The position numbers and the translations under genes are program-made. Below are positions 43,201-53,600 of a DNA stretch of 64,000 nt, in pieces; the first letter of the stretch is position 1; every line of letters starts with the position of its first letter. The notes below the pieces were generated by a model, which did not search any database, was not told the DNA's origin, and worked only from the letters and a program-made list of their open reading frames with translations. Where the stretch lies: the NCBI GenBank assembly GCA_965287045.1, contig OZ336899.1, positions 16,616,001-16,680,000 on the forward strand, given 5' to 3'. This stretch comes from Carcharhinus amblyrhynchos (Eukaryota).

Positions 43201-44627
43201 TGTGCCTTCATCAGAAATGTATCCTACACCAAGTCATGTTTCAGGAATAACACTGTCTTCATCAGTGACTCACCCAACAACAATCCAATCAATCACTGCA
43301 TCCTCATTAGAAACTCCTATAACAACAAGGCAAGTGCCTTCGGTAACTGAGTCCTCATCAGAATTGCATACAACTTCAATTCAGTTGTCTTCAGTGATGA
43401 CAGAGACTTTACATCAAACTGATCTTGCACCAACAAATAGTTCAGCTGGCATGGAGAGTTCATCTGAGACAAAGACCATGCCTTCACATGTCTCGTCAGT
43501 GACTGAGGCTTCATCACAAGTGCATCCAACAGTAACAATTCAATCATTCATCACTGAGAATTCATCACACACCATTCCATCTTCTGCACATGTATCATTA
43601 ATAACTGAAGCTTCCACAGCAGCCAATCTGATGACAACACCAGTGGCATCCAACAGTGATTTTCCATCACAGACTCTGCAAACACATACACAAATGTCCT
43701 CAGTATCTCAAACTTCATCTGCAACTCACAAAATTCCAGTACAGGAGAGTTCATCACATACCACAGCAATATCCATCCAACCCACAGTAACCTCATCAGA
43801 TGTCTATGTTAAATCTACACAAATGTCATCCACTACATCAACTAAAACTTCATCCTCTGCTTCATCATCAAGGTCATTTTCTTCTGATTCCACATCAAAA
43901 CGACTGCCAATTGTTACTGAGCAATTTTCTCCCTCTGCTTTTCATTCTACTGCAGCTTCAGAGTCCACATTCTCATCTCGGCATCCTTCCATTGTAGCGA
44001 GCACAACCTCATCCTCTGTCACTTCTAATATGGCTACTTCTCAAGCTAAAGAATCAACTTTCCCCTTTTATTCATCTACTAGCAGCAAAAAACCTTCTTC
44101 TGTGCCGATTCCAGTTTTCCCAACTCAGAGAACCAGCTCTTCTCAAACACATTTGATGACTAGCCCAAAGAAAAGCACTTCCTTAGTTCAGTCACCGTCA
44201 TATAAAACAGGAACACATAGTGTCTCTATTTCTCAAAGATCCACCAGTTCCATGCCAAGGAAAGAAAGCACTCCTGATATAAGCACTCCTCAACCTCAGC
44301 CTGATATAACTTCTACCAAATCCCTTATTTCATCTTCCACGCTCAAGAAGGAAAGTCCAACAACTTTGTCTCCACCTGTTAAAACTACTTCAACAAAAAT
44401 TCATCCTGTCAGTTCTGCCAACTCTACATTGCCAATTACAACTCATCCAATGGCCACAAACTCTACCTTGGTGACAACAATGGACTACTGTAGCAAATGC
44501 AGATGCCTAAATGGAGGAACATGTAATTCAAGTGCTACAACGGAAGATCTCTGTGTGTGCAATTGTCTGCCATTTACTTTTGGAGAATATTGTCAAAATG
44601 GGAAAAATAACACCGAAGCTTTGCCAA
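4218..44627 (+). CDS. Giant PTS exon (~40.4 kb, ~13,470 codons) ending in EGF-like domain 1
   Basis: Lies within the stop-free ORF 4148..44701, which is S/T/E/P-rich. The donor CCAA|GTATGT is at 44627/44628 (phase 1). The best acceptor is ctaat-gtggttccattcttAG at 4217; an alternative is cctgtaacAG at 4160. Both are phase 1, so the start is uncertain. Confidence 0.88.
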
Positions 44628-47600
44628 GTATGTTACTTCTGGTGCCAGTTGTGAGGTTTGACTGTTTTGGTTCTGTTGGTTTTTATATTCTGACAGTGTA
44701 ACCTTTTATAAAAATATAACACTTAACAGGCAGTTAAGCTGATAGCTGAGTTGCTGACTGTACTTATAACTTTGGGGCAGTATAACTGTCCCAAAGCTTC
44801 TACAGATGGGGAGGGTCAAAGCCAGCCAATTGTCTTGCTTTTAATTGCTGTCTAATGATCTATGCTTAAATCTAAATATGTGAATGTCAGAAATACTGAA
44901 GATTGAATTTGTGATATTGTTCATTGTTAAGATTCCTTATTTGGGTTTACAAATGAAGAACAGGTCTTTCAGTAAGCAATGTGCCCATCCCCAAGATTAA
45001 AGGGATATAGGTCAAACAGGAGCAATTGGGACTAGCTGGGAAGTCAACATGGTCGGCATGGACTAGTTGGGCCAAAGGGCCTTTTTCTGTGTTGTATTGC
45101 TCCGTGACTGTATGACCTCCTGTTCCCATCACAAGGAAGGATGATCTCCTGCCTTTCCTAAGCATCCTGAGGATCTCCAGTGAAGTCTGGCTGATCCGCG
45201 GAGCAGATGCTTTGGAATGTTAGGCTGGAATGCTAATTTACACCTTTAGCACACCCCTGGCCTGCAGTGGTTGAATGTTAATGCAGCTGCCATTTAAATA
45301 TGATACTGGGACCTTCGCCCCATGAGGTACTGGCGGGTGAACGAATCACTGCACACCTCACCAAACTGGACAAGCTCCTCGCTGATGTATAGTTAATGAG
45401 CCAAAAAGCAGAAAACCAGGCCTGAAAATCCACCCCGCTGCCCAGCAGAAATCCTATCGACTTTCCCACCTGCCGCTGTATTTAATCTCCAGAATGGAAA
45501 ATTCCACCCAGAAATAAAAGCTTGAAATTAGCTGAACTGTTCATTAATGAATGTTTCAAATTGTATATTGGTTAGCGACATTAATATAGTGCCTCTTGTG
45601 CCTTGCTTGCTCCTCTCCTGCTTCAGGTCCAAACACACCACAGAGGGAAGTCAGTTTGACACTCAGGATAAACCAGACCTGGAGTAAAGAGCTGGACAAT
45701 ACCAGCTCTGTGGCCCATAGAAATTTAACTGACGCTCTAACTTCATTGGTGAGTATAAATGCCTTAATGTACTGCAAAGACATTCACCAATATTTCATGC
45801 ATATAAATAATACTTGAGATGATTTTTTTTGTAGTCCCGTGACTCAGTTCAACTTGAATGTTACTGTCATCTTACATTGTTTAAAAAACCAAGCTGCTTC
45901 TCTTCAAAAACCTGCCTTTATGAACTCTCAGTGCTGAGTGAGAATAAACAACTTAAATAATAACTATTATCACTAAACTTTACATTAAGATGTGAACAGC
46001 TGAGGTCATGATGCTGAAAGACTTTTCAATATTAACCAGCTCATAAATCTATCGGTTATTTCTAGACTTAGTTAGTAGTTTATCATTCTATTAACCACAT
46101 CAGTCATTACAGCATTAATGTCGTGACTCATTCCCAAGTATCCTTTATTCTATATATAAACCACACTATTTGTTCAATTAGATTCTGGCCTGTAACTCAC
46201 ACCTGGATATCTGCTATTTTGTATGTAAACCTCCCAAAACCCCTCAATTTGATTCCAGTCTGTAACTCATTTCCAGTCATCTGCAATCCATAGAATCTCT
46301 ACAGTGCAGAAGGAGGCCATTCAGACCATCAAGTCTGCACTGATTGTCCAACAGAGCATCTTACTCAGACCCAGCTGCCACCCTATCTCTATAAGCCCAT
46401 ACATATACCCTGCTAATCCCCCTAGCACATCTAACCTATACACCTTTGGACACTAAGAGGCAATTTAGCATGGCCAATTCATCAACCTGCACATCCTTGG
46501 ACTGCAGGAGGAAACCAGAGCACCCAGAGGAAACCCACACAGACGTAGAGGGAACATGCAAACTCCACACAAGTTGGAATCAAACCCAAGTTCTTGGCAC
46601 TGTGATACAGCAATGCTAACCACTGTGCCACCAAACCCCTCAATTAGATTCCAGCCTGTAACTCACTCCTGGATATCTGCTACTCTGTATATAAACCACC
46701 TAAACCCCCCAATTAAATTACAGCATGTAACTCACTTCCAGTTACCTGCTTTTCCAAACATAAACCCCCAAACACCCTCAATTAGAATGCAGCATGTAAC
46801 TCATTCCCAGTTATCTGCTATTCTATATATAAACCTCCGAAAGCCCTCAATTAAAATGCAGCATGTAATTCTCTCTTGGGTATCTGCTATTCTGTATATA
46901 AAGCACCTCAATTCCTCAATTAGAATATGGTCTGTAACTCACTCACAGCTATCTACATTCTTTTTGCATTTGTTTTGAAAGTCAACAATTAGTTACATTC
47001 CTTAGTTTCAGTAAATTTGTAAAATACTCAAAGCTTTAGTTTGAATTAATCTCCTTCTTTGTTTCTTACAGCTGACCCCACTGTACAAAAAGGCTGCACC
47101 AAGACACTTTCACAAAGTGGTAATTAATGAACTCCGGTATGTTGTGGAAAATCTCTTCAGCTTTTCAGCCAATGATTTCCTCAATAAAGTGCTCCCGGGG
47201 GCTAAAAAAACTCCAAATGAATAAACTAATATAGCCACCAACTTTTATAAGTTTCCCATCACAGTCCAATACTTTGTTTTATGGCAGTCAAAGACCTAAT
47301 GTAGATGTGTTTATTTAGGCCTCTGCTTCAGTTAGTAAAGGAAATGAGTGGCTCACTTCACATACCAGAGGGTGCAAATTTGATTACATATGTGCCAGAT
47401 TTGTTGATCTTGGTCTTGCTGCAGTTTTGTGAGACAATTTGTCTCAGTGTAGAGAAGAAATCAGTCAAGCTTCTTGACCGGTACCTGCTTACCCAACTCC
47501 CCCTCCTCCCCCGCCCCACCTCCTACTGCCTTGTACCCACATTGGGTAAGGTTGGATTGGATTCGACAACAACAATACTCTTGCTATACTTGCAGTTTTA

Positions 47601-50600
47601 AGTCATAAAGTCATATTGTCCACATAATGAGCACAGGTCAGGATGGTATAAGACGACAGGTGGTGGAAATAAGGGAGACAGATGATAGGAGGAAGAGATA
47701 TAAGAAGGAAAGAAAGAATTAATTTTACATAGCCTTTTACAACCTCCAAACATCCCAATGTGTTTACAACCAATTGGTTTGAAATATATGGTTGGATTTT
47801 CATCACTGAGATGGGTAGGTGGAGTCTCTGCCCACCTCAGGAGGAATTCCCCGTCAAGATGGATGCTTCTTGTCAGAGGGTGGGTGCAGGCTGGAGTTGG
47901 GCCAGCTAACCCAGGGAAAAGGTTGGAGGCAGTGACAAGGCCTGATGAGTGCTGAGGTGAATTGCTTTAAAAGATCTGCCTTGGTTCTGTGAGAATTTGT
48001 CCTGGTTAAAAGAAAAATAGAAAGGCCATCCAGCCCTCCCCCTCATATACCCCCAACTTCTCTCCATGCCTCATGGCACCCACCCAATCTCCAGTGCTCC
48101 CTCATACCCCATATGCCAAGGGAAGGACACACACACACACACACCCCCTCCAATTCCAAATGATGGTTTGATGGCCATTCACGTCCCCCATATTTCTTCA
48201 TAACTCTTATGCCAAGCTATAACACTCCCTCCACTCCCATGGCTCCTCGAGCTATGGCACTTCCATGACCATTGTCTATACATTTTATGGAACCAATGAA
48301 CCCGAGAATGATAATTGTGTAAAGCTTAAAGTCATTCCTTCGTTACTTGCCACAGTGTTAGAAAAGTCATTTTACTACAGAGCAATAAAAATGCTAATAT
48401 CCAGACCCTTTAAAATATCAATTACAGAAACAGATAGCTCTTGAAACCACTAAGCATTTGTAAAATTGTGAAATTAACATCAGAGTCAAAGCTGTCAATT
48501 ATTCAATGTTTTCTCTAGGGCTCAGGTGTTTCAAAAAGAATAATGGATTTCTGCATTCTCAGTCAAGACTCAGTATGACATCGACCTATCTAGGACTCTC
48601 ATAATTTTATACACCTCAATTAAATCTCTCCTCAGCTCCCAAAGGAAATGCCAGCCAATCCAATCTTACCTCATAGCTAATGTTTTCCAGTTCTTATAAT
48701 GTAAGTCTTCTCTGAAACCTCTCCAGAGTAATCTCATCCTTGCTATAATGTGGTGACCAGAACTGGCCTGACTAATGTTTTATCCACTTCCAGCATTCCC
48801 TCCCTGCTCTTATATTCCATGTCTCGGCTCATAAAGGCAAATATGTGTCTCCTTCCTTTACCTATCCTGTTACTTTCAGGAATTTGTGGACGTGCTCTCC
48901 AAGATCCCTCTGTACTTTTACACTCTAGGACTTCTCCATTTATTGTTTATTCCCTTTGCTTGTTTGCTGTCTGAAAACACATGACCTTATAACTCTCTGG
49001 ATTGAATTTCATTTTGCTACTTTTCCACCATCAGTCCATTGATAGCTTCCTGCAGACATAGCTTTCTTCCTCACTATCAATTACAAGGACAATTTTTGAT
49101 CATCTGTAAACTTTTTAATCATTTAAATCATTGATATATATAAGAGAGAGATGACCATTTGAGCCCTATGAGCTCCACTGGAAACATCCATTCACCATAA
49201 CCATTTATTCTATGCCACTGTGCCAATTATGGATCCAAATTGCCACTTACCTGTGGATCCTATGGGTTTTAACTTTTTTTTTACAGTGATGTACGGTTTT
49301 GTCAAAAGCCTTTCTAAGATCCAAATAGGTCAAATCAAATACACTACCTCCTCAAAAAAATCAGGGGCAACAAGCAATTAGGAAGGTTAATGGTATGTTG
49401 CTCTTTATCACAAGAAGATTTGAGTACATGGATAGCAAAATATTGCTTCAATTGTATAGAACCTTGGTTAGACTACGCCCGGAGACCTGGAGTAGTGTGT
49501 GTACTTTTGATCCCCTTACCTTAGGAAAGATATTATTGCATAGATGGAATGCAGCAAACATTCACCAGACTTGTTCACCAGGATTGTTACAATGCAGGAA
49601 GGCCATTCAGCCCATTGTGTCTGTATTGCTCTCTGACTGAGAAATTCACTGAGTGCCATTCTCTTGCCTTCTCCTGGTAACCCTGTACGTTCTTAGTTTT
49701 CAGATAACAATCTAGTTCCCCTCTGAATGTTTTGAGTGAACCTGCCTCCATCACCTTCTCAGGGAATGTGTTCTAGGCCTAAACTATTGCCATGTGATAA
49801 AGGTCTCCTTATATCACTATTGTTTCTTTTGCCAATTATTTTAAATCTGCACCCTGTTGTTCTTTATCCTTCTACGAGAGGGAACAGTTTCTCCCTACCT
49901 ACTCCATCGAGACCCACATGATTTTGAGTACCTTTAAAGTGCAGTGCATCTTGACTGTATTACACATTGCAGCCACTGTGCATTGTGGTGGAAGGAGTAA
50001 TGTTTAAGGTGGTGGATGGGAATGGCAGGACTGCCCTGTAAAGAGAAATTGGGGAAACAGGCCCTATATTTGCGAGAGTTTTGAAGAATGAGAGGTGATC
50101 TCATTGAAACCTACAAAATAATTAAAGGGATAGACAGGGTAGGTATTGGTCAGATGTTTCCCCTAGCTGGGGAGTCCAAAACCAAGGGGCACAATTTCAA
50201 GATAAGGCTGAAGTTACTTAGGACTGAGACGAGGAGATGTTTGAATATTTGGAATTCTCAATCCCAAGGGGCTGTGGAAGCTCAGTTATTTGGGTACGTT
50301 TAAAGCAGAGATTGACAGATTTTTAAATACCAGTGTCATAAAGGGATATGAAATAGTGTGGGGAAAAAAGCATTAAAGTGGATGATCAGCCATAATTGAA
50401 CTGAATGGCGCAGCAGGCTTAATGGACTGAATGGCCTATTCCTGTTCCTATGTTTCAATGACTTTCCCTCAACAAATCCATGCTGATTGTGCTTGATTAA
50501 TCCATGCCTTTCCAATTGAATAGCCCTCAGAAATTTACTCACTGCAGAGGTCAAGCAGACTGGCCTCAAGTAACTTGGTCTCACTTTTTAAACAATTGGG

Positions 50601-53600
50601 CAATGTAACAGTCCTCTTACCCTTTCTACTTCCAATTCTCCCATTGCTATGCTGCCCTATCCCTATACTTTCTCAAGTCTGCATTCACTTTCCTCCAGAC
50701 TCTCCTCTCCTTGCTCTGTCTTAGGGTGTTGTTTTTTGATCCAGATCCTGTAATCTAACCCTGGACTGTTTTCCTCCATAGAGCAGGAAGCATTATAGCA
50801 AACAGCAGTGGACTGTATAACTACAGCAACAATCAGACAGAAATCAACTATTTAAACAATGACCTAGAAACAAGGCTTCTCAGTATTGTTAACAACACTG
50901 ATGCCCTGGGACACCTCACAAACTCTGTGGGTCACAGAGTGACTTTCACCCAAGTTTATGCTCCAGTTCCACCCATCAAAAGTAGGTATTACACTCACAG
51001 GTATGGACTATAAAAACTTCCTGAATTTTTTTTACCCTTTTCTTCTATGCTTCTCTCCTGAAAGTGTTGGTCCGTGCTCGGGTACATCTCTGCAGGACCT
51101 TATTGCCCTCCACACTTGAGTGGCCGGATGATAGTCACTGTCTAGGATTACATAGGGAGAATAGGATGGCACTGTCTTTGGAACCAAATCCGACCAGGGA
51201 GATATCATCTTCAGGAGAATGAATAAGGAAGAAAAGTGACTTGGCTTAACTTAACCACTGTCTCATGATCTGTCTTGTCTTTCTTTCTAACCTAGATGGT
51301 GCCAAGCTCTCGCTTGGGTGTCTCAATTAAGAATTAGGGTGTGACTATTGTTTCTAAACAGAAGGTAACACGTTATCTGTGTTCTCTGTGAGACATCCAA
51401 AATCCTGACACTCTTCTATTTTTCATTCTTTTAGATATCACAGACTTGAATCTTACATGTTCTCTCAGCTTTAATAATTACAAGGTTAACTGTCACAATG
51501 GAATTTCTTGCTTATGTGAAGGACCCTGTAAAATGAATCGAGATTTCTGTAACTATAATGGGCAATGTCTCAATCAAGCTCACGGCGCTGTTTGTGAGTA
51601 AGTAACTATTCTACATTGTTTTGCAATGAGCTTCCCTCCTCTCCTGAAGTTGTTAGCTGTTCCTGTGGCGGGATTCCGCAGGCACTAACTACCCTCCAGC
51701 ACATGGTATATTTGTCCATTCTTCTTGTATGCACATAGGCAGTGAATGGCTAATTTTATGAGTCTATACAGCTGACTGTAGCCTCAGACATGGGCATATC
51801 AGGAGATCACAAGTTCCCTTCCTGAGTCCAAAGTTACTACCAGAAGTTGACCAGAAATGGGAATCCTGGATGATAAGAAAGAGCTTGCAATGCAAAATGT
51901 TTCTCCTCCCTCCCCCACTCCCACCCCACCACAGTGGGTTTTGCAGTGGCAAGAGATGGCACACCGCTTGCTTATGGGGGTATCCTATGGTCCCGTGGTG
52001 AACACACCCTTTGCTGCTGGGAAACCCATGGTGGGGGGGCGGGTATGGAGCGCTGTCAGCGAGATTGTAAGATCCTCCTAGTGTTAATGGCATCAACATT
52101 TCAGTGACTGTCTTTCACATTCTTAGCCCAAAGTGCTTCATAATCAGTGGAGTGCATGTGGGGTTGGATTATCAGACCTTGCCTGCAGCTGCAAATCTCT
52201 GGTACCACTGAAGTGGATGAAGATTTGACTGAGTGCCAAATTCTCTGTTCTTGCTGGCAATGGCTGCAGGGTGTGAACAATCAAAGAATTCAGCAGTGAA
52301 CCGTAGACCACTTTGTGGGCTGCAATTCTTCTGAAATACAATTAAATGACAACACATTCGGGAAACTTGACACGAGCAGTGTCTAATTTCTTCATAGAGG
52401 ACGACCCACCAACCAGGTCTGCTGTTCCAAGACTGGACTGCCATTTTTAACTGGGGGCATGGGGATTAAAATGACCTGGCCACTTCAGAATTTTCACAGC
52501 AGACCAGTAGGAAAACAGATGTCAGCAAAGGGCTATCTGAAATCACTGTGCAAGGGGTGAGCTTCAGGTCTGCCAGGGCTGCAAGGGGCAGTCCAGCCAC
52601 AATACCCCAATCCCGACAGGGAGCGGCAAAGTCAACGCTTGCCCCTAACCCAACTCCCTGGACCTTTGAGGGGCTCTCCTTCTGCAGCCTGGCAGCAACA
52701 GAGGGCAAATGGCCAGTTAACCTACCTCCTCGAGCCCCCACAGGGCTCAAAGTGCCAGGTCAGGTGTCAATGCCAGTGTGCCAGGGTGCCAGAGACACTA
52801 CACTGTTGGCACAGCCAAGGTGTGTGGCCGAAAATAACCTGAGTGGGGGGTGGGGGAGGGGTGCGGTTTGAGGGGGGCAGAGGGCTTTATGTGGTGGATC
52901 TGAGGGGGGGGGTACTTAAGTGAGGAATTGGGTCAGATAAACCTCATGCTTGCATGAGGACCGGTACAAAAGTCCGCCTGGTACAGATCCCGCTGGGCGC
53001 TGGTAAATAGCAAGAACTATTTGATTCGGACTGCAAGCCCACTAGTTATATTTAAATTTGTGGATTTTAATATGCATCATGTTCCTGCCCACAATGGGGC
53101 TAGCAGTGCAGCCTGGGAGGGTCACACCCTGATGCAAAACCCGCTTTTCCACTGTAATGGATTCCCTGAACTATTGCAATACTTGCCAGGAGCTAACAGG
53201 CCCAGAGAATCCTCTCTGTAATATCAGGAAGTGTTGGCAACCAATTTGTGCACAGCAAATTCCAGCATATTAGATAAATAACCAATGAATCTACCTTAAT
53301 AATGCTGGTTGAGGGATAAATATTGGCCAATCTACAAGAACAGTTTCCCTGCTCTTCTATAAATGATGTCATACAATATTTAACATTGATCTGAAAGGTC
53401 AGATAGTCCTTTAGTTTAGTGTTACATTCAGTAGATGGCATCTCTAATGGCAAGCCTAACAGCTTGACACCATCATTCCTGACCCTCTACCAGTGCAGTA
53501 TTCCCTCAGTACTGCTCATCCAACAGTGCAGCATTCTTTTCACACTGATCCTTCAACAATGCAGCAATCCTCAGTACTATGCCTTCATCTAGGCAGCACC

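Noticed and set aside
5905-43270. CRISPR array, prokaryotic adhesin or non-coding satellite interpretation
   Set aside because: There is no repeat-spacer structure, and spliceosomal introns, vertebrate retroelements and a continuous reading frame indicate a vertebrate coding VNTR.
4407-43796. Over 200 short minus-strand ORFs (V/D/S-rich and L/M-rich) repeating along the array
   Set aside because: These are antisense shadows of TCA/ACA/GAA-biased mucin codons. They recur at the array period and have no independent gene signals.
44628-44701. Hydrophobic ORF end MLLLVPVVRFDCFGSVGFYILTV as a TM/GPI signal
   Set aside because: It is read-through past a good GTATGT donor; the real TM is at ~55605-55680. 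A minor intron-retained isoform cannot be excluded.
51760-53190. GC-richer intron segment with several 65-110 aa ORFs; similar patches at 45200-45510 and 47790-48300
   Set aside because: No recognisable domains or phase-compatible exons. These are probably decayed non-autonomous DNA elements, but termini could not be defined by eye.
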